A DNA stretch of 64,000 nucleotides, taken from positions 73,641,736-73,705,735 of the forward strand of contig NC_054742.1 in the NCBI RefSeq assembly GCF_018143015.1. The letters run 5' to 3'. The position numbers were made by a program, and so were the translations under genes. The notes beneath the pieces were generated by a model that did no database searches, was not told where the DNA came from, and was given only the letters and a program-made list of their open reading frames with translations. The stretch's first letter is position 1. The number at the start of each line of letters is the position of its first letter. The DNA comes from Lytechinus variegatus (Eukaryota). Positions 40,843 through 53,697 of the stretch are shown in pieces.

Positions 40843-41459
40843 CATGTAGCCCTAGGCCTGGACTGTATCAAAAGTTTGTCATAAGTCTGTCCTAGAACAG
40901 ATACCATAAACAGGAGAGCTGGGGAGGGTTTCATGAAGCATCTATCACTGACAAGTTTGCTCTGATCCAATCAGATTCAAGGAATTCATTAACATAATCA
41001 ATTTAAGAGTTCGCACACAAAAAAAAAAAAACAAAGAGCAATTGCTTTTTACCTTTCTGACTCTTTCTCAGAGGGTTGTTCTTTCATTTTTTGAATATGG
41101 ACAAATGTATTGGCTGAAGGGTGCACTATAGGTCTTAGCCTGCATACATCTTCATCAATCATTATTTATTACTCTAATTATTCAAAGCTTTTAAGCAGCT
41201 TAAAATGGGGGAACCATTTATTTTGATTTGACTGAATGAAAGGCTAATCCTATAATTGCATATCCCCAACAAGCACTTTGGCAAGTTTCAACAAGGAATT
41301 TCTCTAATCTCATATAGAGCATGGTTACAATGCAAGCTCTTATAATGATAATCTATTACAAAGTTGTATGTGTAAACATATCATTGAAGAAGATTGATAT
41401 TTCCCTCTTGTGCTCAAATAATCATCTTACAGACTGACCATAACTCAAGGAATGAGAAA

Positions 41460-41495
41460 GAAAGAAAGAAAGAAAGGAAGAAAGAAAAAAGAGGA
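41460..41495. repeat. (GAAA)n microsatellite.
   Basis: gaaagaaagaaagaaagaaaggaagaaagaaaaaag. Confidence 0.8.
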
Positions 41496-41579
41496 AAATC
41501 TCTTTTTAGAGAATGAGGGGGGGGGACAGGGATGGAGTGGTAAGGAAAAAAGTTAGGCCAGACAGAACCAAATAGGCAG

Positions 41580-42143
41580 TAAAAGGGGAAGTTCACCCTG
41601 ACAAAAAGTTCATTGTAAAAATAGTAGAAAATAATGCCAAAGATTTGAGAAAAATTCATCAAAAATAAAATATTAAGAATTATCACAATTTTAATTATTT
41701 GATTTGTGATGTCATATGCGAGCAGTTTTCCTTCAAATCGTACATTGTGTGGTAAAAACTCAATGAAATTTCATTTTCTCAGAAAATTGAATATAGATTT
41801 TACTGTACCTTTTTTCCACACCCATTTCTAAAAAAACCCAAGAAAAATAAGTCGTCACAAATCATTATAATTTTTTATTATTTAAGATATGGGGCAGCTG
41901 CTGGTCCACAACTCCTTAAAAGGACCAGCCTATTTAAGATGTATCGAGGACTGGGCTATTTAAGACTTGGGGAACAAATCAAAACTTTAAATTCTGATTA
42001 CTTTCTTGATCTTTAATGATTCTTCTCCAATATCTTTTATTTTTTCTACAATTTTCACAAAAGACTTTTCCTCATTTTTTATTATCTTTTCTGCTACTTT
42101 TACACAAGACTTTTCTCCAGGGTGAACACCTTAAAAGAGCTAC
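41580..42143 (+). mobile_element. MITE-like family R2, copy b.
   Basis: Start aaaggggaagttcaccctgacaa. End ttctccagggtgaacaccttaaaag. The flanking direct repeat is taaaag / ttaaaag. Confidence 0.5.
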
Positions 42144-45100
42144 ATACATGTACACAATATGATGGACCTACAGTACAGGATATGATGATACAAAGTTTGT
42201 CCTTTCCTTTCTATTTTGTCCCTTTTTTCCTGGTCTGCCTCCACCAAAACAATCTTCAGGAGAGTCAGGGATCAAGGCAAACAAGAAGAAACCTCTGGTA
42301 AATATTGACATCAGATGCTGGTTTCTCAAGTTCTATAATCACCTCCCTCCTGCCATGTTTCAACCTGCCCAGTATTAATTTCTTCCCAGAAAAAAAATAC
42401 CACAATAAAATTTTTTACAAGACCAGACGAAATAAGGAGACTGACCCCTTGCTAGCTAGGAATGACTCATATTGTTGGTATTTTCAACATCAAAATGTGA
42501 CTAACTTCTGCTCTCTCTATGACCTCGCTCATGACTTCCATGTTTTTGTTCTTATTGAACTGAATTTGTAGCTTATGTATTTCCCTACTTTTATTCATGA
42601 CAAAATTACTGGACCAAGTAGCCCTTTAGGCTGTGTGCCAGGGGTTGATTTTGTAACCTGGGAAATGTAGGCTTATAGGGCAAAGGCTAATTTTAGCATC
42701 CTTTTATACCTGGGTATGTTTAATGATTGTAGGCTAAACATGAATTTTGTCTGCTTTCCACTTGTTTTCACAAACATTTAAGTCAAACTGAACAGTCACA
42801 TGGAAATTCTCTTTTGCAGCATATTGGATAGTAACGTATGGGATATAGGCTACCAATGGCGGATCCAGGATTTTCCAAAGGGGGAAAGCATTTTCGTACA
42901 GGAAATACATGTAGGCCCTATTTGACAAGCAAAAAAAATAGCTTTTATGACCAAATTGAGGTCATTTTGTTGCCTGACATATTCCCCTCATTTTTTGTGC
43001 CTCTCAAAATGGGGGGGGGGGGTGGACCTCCTTCATGTACCTGGATCCACCACTGCATGCTACCTTGTATTAGACAATGAGATTACTCATTCAATATCGT
43101 GAGTGCATGGTGTACAACTTTTTTAAGTCAAACTTTTCACTCTTTGTGATCCATGTTGTAACACCTCCCTGAAATAAACAAAAATACCGCCTACAGATCT
43201 GAATAATAGGTAGGAACAATGTCATGCGTCATCATTAATCTTTTGAATTAAGCTTAGATGGACTTAACTTTCTCATTGCATCATCTGTGCGAAGTTAAGA
43301 CCATTATAAGCCTCTTTATCGGTCTTGTGTAATACATCAGAGTATTTGATTGTTTCTTTTTCCTGTTTACAAGATTGTTTTCAAGGAGTTAGTTTCACTT
43401 TCTTTATGAGAAGATGGGTATTTAAATAAAGGGGTCCAACAAGGGGACCCCGGGTTACTTAAACTACCCACGACAGCTATTGATCTGTGCTAGTACATGT
43501 AGGCGGACATCATTATGGAGGAATTCTCCAGTACAGGGGCCACAAAATGGTAATGAAAGTTGGGGGAGGGGAGGGGTGACCAAGTGAAAAAAAAAACAAT
43601 CAGATAATTTTACACTCCTGTACATGTTGATTTTCAAAAAGTGCCCCCCCCCCCTCCATTTCCATAGCCCCTGTAACCCACCAATCTGCTATGATCTTTT
43701 GCACAATAAATATGAACATTAGAGATTTTGAAGCATATTTTGGCAAATACTCCACTATTGCAATTCATTCTACATGTACATGTACATGTAGATATGAATT
43801 ATTTTGTGATTTTTGCATGAAAATTTGTTTTTATTAATATTTTCCAATAAAATAAATTCATGTACATACTGTACTTTTCTTTGTGAAACTCCTTAAGCTT
43901 AATAATGGAATGAAAATCTCCGGATATAATCATTGCCGCTAGCTTTCTGACATACATGTAGGCTTACATGTATTTGCATGATGTGTGCTAAAAAGGCTCT
44001 CTTAAAATAACAACAGAAAAACATTGCAGAGAGGGTGCTTCCCTATGTGTATGTCTTAAATTAGGTTACATTATTATATTAGGTGTACTTTTCCCAATTC
44101 AAATGATTCAACTTCTTCCTTTTGTTACCCTCACTCCGCATCAAGAATCAGATCAATACAAGGATAATACAGTTCCATCACAACAAAGACCTGTGCTGTC
44201 AATTATTCTCCAATATTCAACGGTTTTATAAAATGTGTTGCTATTTTCCTCCTTCTTATACCACAAAATAAAGATACAATGAACACCGGATTGCAGAAGA
44301 TAATTTTCCATCAGAATGAGTTAATACTTTACACACGTATATGAATTTTTAAAAAAATCTTTGATATTCCAGCCAAATTTGCCTTCTTTGACATTAAATC
44401 CTGCATAAAGCTTTGGTAAAGGTTCAATGATGTGATTCATTTGTCACATACAATGTATAGATTCACATGTTAATAGTGTATTTTATTGGATTTTATTTTA
44501 TTTGTATGTCAAACTAATATGTACATGTAGACTCTACATTGTAGATCATCACCAAAACTAGCACTGATATTGTGGCCCTGAGAACACCTAAATAAATCCA
44601 AAAGGCAATTCACAAAGATGGTTATGAAATGTTTGCCCCATATGCATAAGGTTGCTGAACATACATGTACATGTAGTACGGTAATGAAATAACATAAATG
44701 TATAAATTTCGAGATTTTTTTAAGACTCACCTCTTTATATGTACATGTAAGTTAATAATTTTATGATTTCAAATTCTAACTGTTCACACTAATACTTTAA
44801 CTCAACATTTCTTTTTATAATATACTTATTTCCAGGCTTGCTAATTTTCATTTCCTCTGACAATGAAATGTAAAAATCAAAATAAACAAACTACCGGTAG
44901 ATAATTTATAATATCAAAATTCTATAATACAAATTACAATGATTATGAAAGCTGTACTTTAATACAAGAACCCATCTTGTAATCAGTTAAACATGTGTGT
45001 GTTTGGGGTGTGTGTGTGGGGGGGGCTCTCTTGGGTATGGCATACAGTACACTACAGTACCTTGGGCTTAGTACAGAGCATGCAAAACTTCGGATTCCAC

Positions 45101-47099
45101 TTTTATCCCAAGCACTGTATAAGCAATTAGGCAATAATAAAAAGTAGGCAGCAATATGAAACATGACAGCAAGTTTTTAACAGAAACAACAAACAAAAGA
45201 AAGACAAAACCCCCAAAATAAAATAAAAATATGAAAAGAGGTTCAAAGTCACCAAAGTCCAATACTCACTATGAATGAAGCAAGAAATGCACAAGATGAC
45301 AATGATATTTGGATTTGGTTTAGCGATTTAGTAATAAGCGATACAGTTAGCCTACACAGTGTATGTGAACTAAGCCATGTGATGGCTTTCAAAGGAAAGT
45401 GCTCAATAGCCTTTTGTGACAAATCTTTTGTCAGTAGGGGAGAGGGCCATTGTTGGGATTCTATTCTTATTTCCTGCATTTAACTGACCAGCTTGTTATT
45501 GATCATGGAGGCCACTGAATATGGAGGCTCGTCCTTGTTTGCAAGATACTCTTTAAATTGCTCAAGGAGTCTAAGTTAGAGAAAAGTTCAAGCTTGGAGA
45601 AGTAACATTAAATGATGTATGTAAACTCACCTGAAACAAACTTACATACATGATATTGACAATGGAAAAAGCCAAAAGGGTCAAAAATTTTATTACGGTG
45701 TATGTTTCTATTGTTTACTGTGCTCTTTCCTGATTCATCAATAGAGAAGACAATCATTTATTTATACTTCCTAGACAATCATGAATGATTTGAATGCCAC
45801 ATGAGCTGAAATATATCTCTACCATTAGTGATTTATGTATTAATTGGCTATCCATACTTAAACCACAACTTTAAACCTGAGTTTAAGTTAAACCCGACTT
45901 TAGAATATGGTCCTCTTTCATTTGGCCTCAATCTCATTGGCCTCTGATAAACAATCTACTCCACTTATTTTTTTTCACTGAATAATGCATGATCTTCGCA
46001 CATATGGTAGTGGATCGTATTAAAGAACACTTTTCATGAATTTGATCATATCAAACACATTATTCCAATAAAATTCACCAAACTCTCACCATAAATACAC
46101 AAATACCTACAAATTATAAACATGCAGAAATTTTGCCGAAATTGTTTTTCATTATTACGACATCAGCTTCCAATCGGACCCCTCTTCGCAAGTGAAATAT
46201 TTTGGTCACTTGAAAAGGTATCGTATTACCGAACGTGTGTTTTCTATGGGAAAAGTTGGGAAAACAACAAAGTCACTGATGAACTATTTTGACCATATTT
46301 TATTGTTTTGAGGATATAAAGACTTCGATATTGTGTTTTTGATAAATTTTCATCATTTTTCTATTTAAGTTCCCTTTGAGAGGAAGTTGCAAAGGTTTGA
46401 GCATATTTGATTATTTTCTGACGCATATGATGCGCGTGTTCGGTAATACAAGGCCGGTCAGTAATACAATCACTCACTATACAGTGATGCTAAAAAGTTA
46501 GTGAACCCCACCAGAAAATGCACTCCTTATAATATTCTAAGTGTTGAATGTAGACTACTGTACATTGTCTGGTGAGCTAAGAGAAACAAACTTTCAGTTC
46601 AGTGTACTTGTATATTTTATTCATTACCTGACTTCAAAATAAATTATCTATAAGAGGGCAGACCTTCAACACTTTTAAAAAATGTTCACTTTCTTCTTGG
46701 GTTCACTAATTTTTTAGCATCACTGTATATCACAAACTTAGAATGAGCATACTCAATCAACAGGGCAAAAGATAAACAGGTACATTAGGCCTATGGGGGG
46801 ACATTCATATTTGTTTGAAAGATTGTAAATTGTTCCTTAATTTATCGTTGTATTTGACTTGTACTTTTCTCTCTTTTTGTCTCTCACTGTGCCTTGGGCA
46901 CTCTGTTGAGTGCATTTTAGCGTGCTAGTTTTGTACAAATCCCATCTAGACCTTTTCTTCTTATTATTATCATAAAGTCGCAATCCCTTTTTATCGAATA
47001 AATGTATAAATTTTACCCAGGGAGCTCAGTCAGTTAATTATATAAAACTTTAACTTTGAACCAATAAAATTTAACGTTAGATGCCTCACTCCGTACTCT

Positions 47100-47948
47100 C
47101 ACTCAGACTCGGGCCAGGGTGGTATTCTGAGATCCATTTTATCTCAGATAAAATATTTTATCTCCGTTAAAATCAGTGAGATAAAATACCCTTAAAATCT
47201 CTCCGAATTGGTATTCTGAGAACAATTTCATCTTCATTTTATCTCTGTAAGACACACCTACTTTTTAATCAATATCCAATTAGAAATGCGCTTTTATAGC
47301 TCTCTCGTGTCACTTAACCAATTGAAATCCATTCCGCCAGGAGGTGTGTCAAAGGGGACAGATTGCGTCAATTTATTGACTTGAAATACGCTTGCACTAT
47401 ACGCTTGCGCGTCTTTACAGAGATTTCTTTTTAACAAAAAGGACAATACTCTCTTCTTTCGAAGTCTCCATCGCATTTTTTCAAGCATCATTTCAAAGAC
47501 AACATTAGTCAAGATATATCCTATGAAATACTTTCTGATTGTATAGGAATAACATTAAGGTGTTATTCTCAATAAATATATATTTTTCTTCATTTTCATG
47601 TCAAAATTTGGGGTTAATTCACCTACAAATATTAGTGAAATCAACGTCGCGGAGATAAAATAGCCCCTACCCTCTTTTAAGTTTATTTTATTTTTTTCCT
47701 CAAAGTAACATGAGCGCAAGCACATCATCGCGTTGCAATACCAAGATACGCGATGGGTATGTCTACGCAGGCACTGTTCTGTTGCGTATCGTCTATTGTT
47801 ACGCAAGATAAAATTTATACGCAAGATAAAATTGAAAATTTTATCTCAGAGATAAAATGTCATCTCAGAATACCAATTTCATTTTAAGAGATAAAATAAA
47901 ATATTTTAAAGATAAAATGACCTCAGAATACGGCCCCTGGTCTCAGTC
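47100..47948. mobile_element. Non-autonomous TIR element of about 850 bp with roughly 60-bp TIRs (ACTCAGAC..GGGCC..GGTATTCTGAG..ATTTTATCT...AAATATTTTATCTC) and multiple internal ATCTCAGATAAAAT subrepeats.
   Basis: Left 47100-47165 and right 47883-47948 are reverse complements at about 80%. Additional internal copies of ggtattctgag / ctcagaatacc lie at 47207 and 47862. Confidence 0.55.
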
Positions 47949-49495
47949 ACGGATCATTCACTTCTTCCCTTCTTCAACTTCAGAATCATTGATTTATCTC
48001 TTGATTCATGACATTGAATTTGAAATTAGAAAATACATCACATATGGCAGTGTATCCTATTGCCGGACACCTTTATTTCAGTGCTTTAAAAATGACAACT
48101 AGAGGAAATACAATGAAGAAAAATTATACCTTGCTATTCCAAATATTCTGAAAATTATGAATATGATGAAATTATTTTATATTTTCCAACCGTTTTCTTT
48201 GCACTGCACTTGCCGCATACCCCTCCGCGGAAAAACAATTATTTTCGTGCGTGACAAATTACATCATAATTCGGACGCGCCACGGACGGGTAAAAATATT
48301 CTTAATTATAATGGTGTAAGAAAAAGTTGGTGTGATTTTTTCATGATATATCATCTCATGAGTAAATTCTAAGTTTTGGTTTGCTTTCTTATATCGATTT
48401 TGAGCAGATCTTTGTAATAAATTGGTGTTTGCTAACTAATTTCATTTTTTTAATAATTTTTTTGATTGCGTGTTCGATATGGCACTTTCCAGTATTTATG
48501 CTCGTTCATATCGTGACCCCTCAGTCAAGTTCTATCGATGCGCAGACGATCGTTGACGGCTCTCTACCTCGCGCACGGACGGCCGGGATATATACCTTGA
48601 GAACTAGCCGCCGTCGACGATCTGATCGATGGAGCGGACGAGATTAAAATTCGGCGAATCAGGCCCGTATTGCCATCAGAAAATAGATCAATTGGGATCA
48701 ATTGTTAATGCAAAACTATGTTATATGATATTTTAAGCATTTTCTGTCATTTTAGAGAAAAATAAGGTAAAAGTTGGATTTTTTCGCCTTGTTTTTGCAA
48801 ACTTGTTCTTTTAATTGATCTGTGAAATTGAACTGCGGAAGTCTTACGGTACGAAATTGATTTCGTACGCAGTACTATGCGCGTCCGGAAATATGATAGT
48901 GTCCGGTAATACAATACGTGACTATACACACTTACCATGTAGATCTATATCAAAATTGAATTAATTGGTTGATCTTTATTAAACTTAAAAAAATGATACA
49001 CACGACAGCACAGTCATAATCTCATCCCCACAACACCATCGCACTCCTCCCTATATCAGTACCAGGGCAGCAGAGAGCGATGGAACGTCCCACACACACA
49101 CCGCACGGGCAGACAAGCGAGAGAAAGTCCGATCACTACTCGGCAAACACACGCTTCTGCTCAGCAGCAAACGGTTAGCAGCGGATCAGTCCAATGTACG
49201 CGCCAATAAATGCCGCAGAAAACAAAACACATCACAAAACTCACCTTGAAATTCGACGAGATTTTTAATATGGCCTGTAATAGTATCCAAATTAAATGAA
49301 TTATGAATTCATCACAAGATTTCTACCGACCGTCTTCTGCTACCAACTGAACAACACAACAACACAAAGCTAGCTAGCTAAACAAATCGATCGCTAACTT
49401 TTCGCGAGATGGCGCCATACAAGAAACGAAAGAGAGCACTGGCATGAGGAAAGCAAAGTTCCTTTTCAATGATGTGCGAATATGACGATCCTGCC

Positions 49496-49546
49496 CTTTT
49501 TGCCCCAGGGGGCAGTCAAATATTTTCTGTACACACGCGTGACCAA
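49496..49546 (+). repeat. Left arm of a long-range inverted repeat (TTTTTGCC..GGGGGCAGTCAAATAT..TGTACACACGCGTGACCA). Its partner is at 53638-53697.
   Basis: The sequence and the reverse complement of 53638-53697 match at about 40 of 50 positions. The arms lie 4.15 kb apart and enclose the SINE-like head and the GGTATTCTGA element cluster. Confidence 0.45.
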
Positions 49547-51363
49547 AAAAAAAACCCGTTTAAAGGGGAGAGTTTTTTCAGTTTTGGACGCGGTCCGCGC
49601 GTGGACTCGTTAAGGGTAGGCGCGCCGGAACACTTTCAGTTTTTTTTTTTTTTGGGGGGGGGCGAAATCCCGAAGGAGGCACAATATTTTTGACAGCGTG
49701 AGATACCGAAGCGATCGAGCGGGAGAGGCTGTGGGACCCCCCCCCCCCGGTAAGGACTTTGTGTAAAAATGGAGTATAAAAGTTGTATTTCTAAGACCAT
49801 CCAAAAATAAATTTCTTGAGAATTAAACAGTCTTGGAGTTTTTTTTGCTCCTTCTGTTTCCTCCTACCCAGAATGGTGTTTTTTCATGATCAGGGTCCCA
49901 GTTCCCGCAAATGACGAGCCTTATTGCAAACGAAATTGTTTCAAACCAATGTAATATAGGCCTTTTAAAGACTTTTGACAAACATGACCGTACGCAACCG
50001 GGGGCCGCCGATCGAGAGGGCAAAATTCACAAAATTGAGTGTGAACGAAATCCTTCAATTTTATTCTAGAAAATGCAAAAGCTCCCCCATCACAAACCCC
50101 CTCGCTCTTAAAGGGGAATCCAACCCAAATAAAAACTTGTTTTTTATAAAAAAAGAAAAATCAGACAAGTTGATAGGTGAAAGTTTGAACAATATTGGAC
50201 AAACAACAAGAAAGTTATGAATTTTTAAAAGTTGTAAATATTGGTAATCACTATATTCATGGAGACTTCAAATTGGCCGCATATGGGATGTAATTGTGAT
50301 GTAAGGCAAGGACTACTCTTTCATGTACTCCACTACATATTATGGCTAAAATGTCATTTTTCCCAAAAGTTTTATTTCAAATAATATTTTTCTTTCATGA
50401 GGACATTAAACAATATACTACCTGGGTTATATTTAGATTACTGCCCCAGGGGAGTGGGTACTTAGGAGAAACCACAAATCCCTGATAATAAAGTACATGG
50501 CCTATGGGAAAGTTGTCCTTGCCCCTTGTCATAATTTACTTACCCAGTTGCCAATTTGGAATCTACATACTATTAGTGATCCCAATTTTTAAGCAGCTAT
50601 AACTTTCTTATTGCTTGTCCGATTTCTTTCAAATTTTCACCATTCTGTTTCATTTATTTTTCTCCTTCCCCACACAACATTTTATGGCCAAGGCTGGATT
50701 CCCCTTTAAGTTTCTTCGAAAATTTAGGTCTTGCAGCCCCACCCACTCCCGGATGTTTTTTTTTATTTTTGCAAACGTCCATCATATGAATAACAAAAGC
50801 TGGGATGAACCAGAGAACATAGCTGCCATCTCGATTTGATTAGTAACAGGTAATGGGAAGAAGTTTTGGAATCTAAAATACATAAGTGCTATATCATATG
50901 AGCTGACATAGTATCAGACAAAACGCCTTCCAATAATGCCAATGAAAAGGAATAGAGGAAAATACGGGGCTGTGAAAATATCTTAAGATTTTTTTTTATA
51001 GTAGAGCAGTACTGTAACGCTTATTTTTTCTTTTATATTCTTTATTTACATTTTTATTCATATCTCGGATAATATGAGTCCGGTCAAGAAGACACTTTCA
51101 CAGATGATTTTATTTTTTTCATGTCTAAACTTTATCTCAAAGTTGCTTTCGAGTGGGATTCACCATTTTCACAAATTATAAATTATAATCCTCTACACAT
51201 GATTATTCTGTGTGAAATGCTCTGATAACAAGTCTATATTGAGTTGAAATGACCTTGATATATTCTTTAGGGCACTGAATTGTTATCACTGTATTAATAA
51301 AATATTTGAAACAAGTTTCTCGAGATGTTATGGTTTCTGGGCTTGACAGCTATGACATATGGA

Positions 51364-51545
51364 GGCGCGATAGCTCAGTCGGTAGAGCGGGGGATTCGTA
51401 TTCCGGTGACCCGGTTCGATTCCCACTTGGTGCGCTAGTGCCCTTTGGTAAGGCATTAATCCTCAGTACCAGGTCCTTCGGAGAGGACCTTAAGCCGTCG
51501 GTCCTCTTGTTGCTTGCTTACAAGCATTCATGCTTTCTTAGCAAT
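51364..51545 (+). mobile_element. tRNA-derived SINE-like element or tRNA-Thr(CGU)-like pseudogene head, with pol III A and B boxes.
   Basis: GGCGCGA-TAGCTCAGTCGGTAGAGC (A box, 51371-51382), then an anticodon-loop-like TTCGTAT, then GGTTCGATTCC (B box, 51413-51423). The anticodon stem, T-stem and acceptor do not base-pair canonically. A perfect hairpin GGTCCT-TCGGAG-AGGACC follows at 51472-51489. The 3' extent is uncertain. Confidence 0.4.
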
Positions 51546-52011
51546 CAGGTAAAAAATCACCACCAATCAATCACTCAATCACCAATCACATATAGATTCC
51601 ATATGTTGCTCGAGTAAGTGTTCACGCGCGTTAGTGATATCGGGTCCGGTCTGAGCGTTTCTGGGAGACCGCGCGTTTGTTAGACGACACAGCCAGCATC
51701 ATAGAGTTATAAACCTTATAATTGGTGGACCACTATCAATTGGCCATTCGCTTTTAGTCTGAAATGTATTCATTAAAAGGTTAAACGTTTTCACACTGTA
51801 ATAAGATGGAAAACGGGCTTATCAAAGGTATGTTTCACAGAGGAACTGTTCGTCAAAAGACGCGAGGCTTACTATGATAATATATTTGCCCCGTCAGGGG
51901 CAAATTTTTTTTTATTTTTGACAATGGAAATGACAATTTTCAGGCAGAAAAGTGCCTTCGTTTACTTTTGTCCTTAAATAATTTATCATTTTTCTACTTT
52001 CAGGAGGGCAC

Positions 52012-52052
52012 ATGGGGGGGGGGCAAAATCTCGTTTTGCCCCCCCCCCCGCT
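52012..52052. repeat. Perfect palindrome G11-CAAAATCTCGTTTTG-C11.
   Basis: catggggggggggcaaaatctcgttttgcccccccccccgc. The spacer is itself palindromic (caaaa tctcg ttttg). Confidence 0.7.
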
Positions 52053-52180
52053 TCCGGCGCCCTTGGTTAAGGGTATCAAAAGCTTTTTTTCCCGAGGTCA
52101 CATTGTTTAGGGGTAAAAATGTGTAAATTAAGCTCGCGAAAAACTTGTTTAGGGGGTTATTTTGCACACAAAGAAAAACT

Positions 52181-53621
52181 CGGGGGGGTATTCTGAAAAG
52201 TCTCGTAAGTTTCCACTTAAATATCCTTTTAAGTTACCCATTTAATGGAGCGCTAATGTACCTCCAAATTCATATTCTGAAAACTCTATTAGCGCTCAAT
52301 TAACTCCCTTTAGGCCACTCCCCTACTGAGCCGAATTAGCCAATAAAATGCGCTCTTACAACGTAAATTTTTCTACTGGCGCGCAGTGTATTGTATTTCT
52401 GTGGCAGTGTCTCTTCACTTTGTTGCCTTACAGCCTTTTGCTTACAGCGCAGCGCCCGGCTGCTGCAGGTGCGCTGCACCACGATCTTGATAAAAAGAAT
52501 TTTTGCTGAAATGCTAAAGCATTTGCATCGGAGATTAGAGGTTCGTTATGTTGTTGAAATTACCTGTTGTCTTTTCACTTTCTCTCTCATTTATTGTACC
52601 TTTGTGCTTTTCCCCTTTTTTCGAACGCGTTCTGATTTTCACATCCCCCTATTTGAATCCATTTGTAGGTTTCTTTCTTTTTTTACAATATTTTATTTGC
52701 CTCCGTCTCGGGGCCATGATAGGGGGTTCTTCTTTAACTTAATTCCTACTTATATTAAAAACTACATACTTTTCATTTATATGAGAAATCTTCTCCAACA
52801 AATGGGAATAAACATATTTTAAAAATCAAACAAGCATTATTTACAAAGAAAGCCGAAATTTTATTAAAAAACGTACAAACGTTATGACATTTATAGGTTT
52901 TTATAGGTGGGGAAAACGATGGCATCACTCGTTATTTTTTCTTTTTTTTTTTATTCTATATTTGTTTAAATATTAAGGGGTCTATGCTTATTTTTAACAA
53001 GGTTTAATTCACCCCTGCACATTGCTGCATCTACCGAGATTTGGCAATTTCATTAATGTCAAAAAAGTAAGCAAAAACACATAATAGTTTATGATGAAGC
53101 TAATAATAAAAGAAAATATAGCAAAATAAAAGGCATATTTTCCCTATAAGTACACAATTTCTGTCTCCTTTTTCCCCTTTTCTAATTTCTTTATTACCAA
53201 ATATAGTCCCTAATCCTTATGTTACTTGTTTCTATATACCACATTTCCCCCTTTATTCTATTCCCCTTTTAGCTCTCTCCTTTATTCTCTTCCTTCCTCC
53301 TAGTATTAAACCGATTTGATGATATTTATACGAAATGAAAGCCACATTTAGCAAGATATGATGAGACTTAATGGACCTCTTATCACCATTATCTTTCCTC
53401 ACTGGAAAGTCCGCTAATTGAGCGCTAAGAGACTTTTCAGAATACCAAAAGTCTCGTAACTACTCAATTAAGTCTTCGCGCGGTCATAACGCGTACTATT
53501 GCAAGTGCGCGCAACGCAACCCTGCCAAATAAGGAAAGGGGCACTTAAGTGACTTTTCAGAATACCAAAATGCTAATTGAGCGCTAATCGACCGCTAATT
53601 GAGCTTTCAGAATACCGCCCG
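52181..53621. mobile_element. Cluster of nested TIR (MITE-like) elements spanning about 1.4 kb. They share the terminal motif C(G/C)GGG(G/C)GGTATTCTGAAA and two alternative subterminal arms.
   Basis: On the left, ggtattctgaaaagtctcgtaag lies at 52186 and attctgaaaactctattagcgctcaattaac at 52256. On the right, reverse-complement copies lie at 53420-53447, 53510-53533 and 53560-53616 (cagaatacc). The core GGTATTCTGA is shared with the 47.1-47.9 kb element. Confidence 0.5.
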
Positions 53622-53637
53622 GGTGTTTGGAAATTCC

Positions 53638-53697
53638 TTGGTCACGCGTGTGTACAGCAATATATTTGACTGCCCCCCCCCCCGGGCTTTTTGCCAA
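53638..53697 (-). repeat. Right arm of the long-range inverted repeat.
   Basis: Reverse complement: ttggcaaaaagcccgggggggggggcagtcaaatatattgctgtacacacgcgtgaccaagg. Left arm: tttttgccccagggggcagtcaaatattttctgtacacacgcgtgaccaa. Confidence 0.45.

Noticed and set aside
40174-40849. ORFs 40174-40395 (-) and 40664-40849 (+) with mirrored CMVST.QCKCPPPP translations
   Set aside because: They are mirror images of each other because they lie in the two TIRs of the MITE. The PPPP comes from the poly-G/C cap, so they are not genes.
42838-43080. 80-aa ORF ending ...PLKMGGGGGPPSCTWIHHCMLPCIRQ
   Set aside because: It runs through a G13 homopolymer, and the Gly/Pro run is the homopolymer translated.
51364-51436. 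A functional tRNA gene
   Set aside because: The A and B boxes and an anticodon-like loop are present, but the acceptor, anticodon stem and T-stem do not base-pair. I treat it as a tRNA-derived SINE head or pseudogene.
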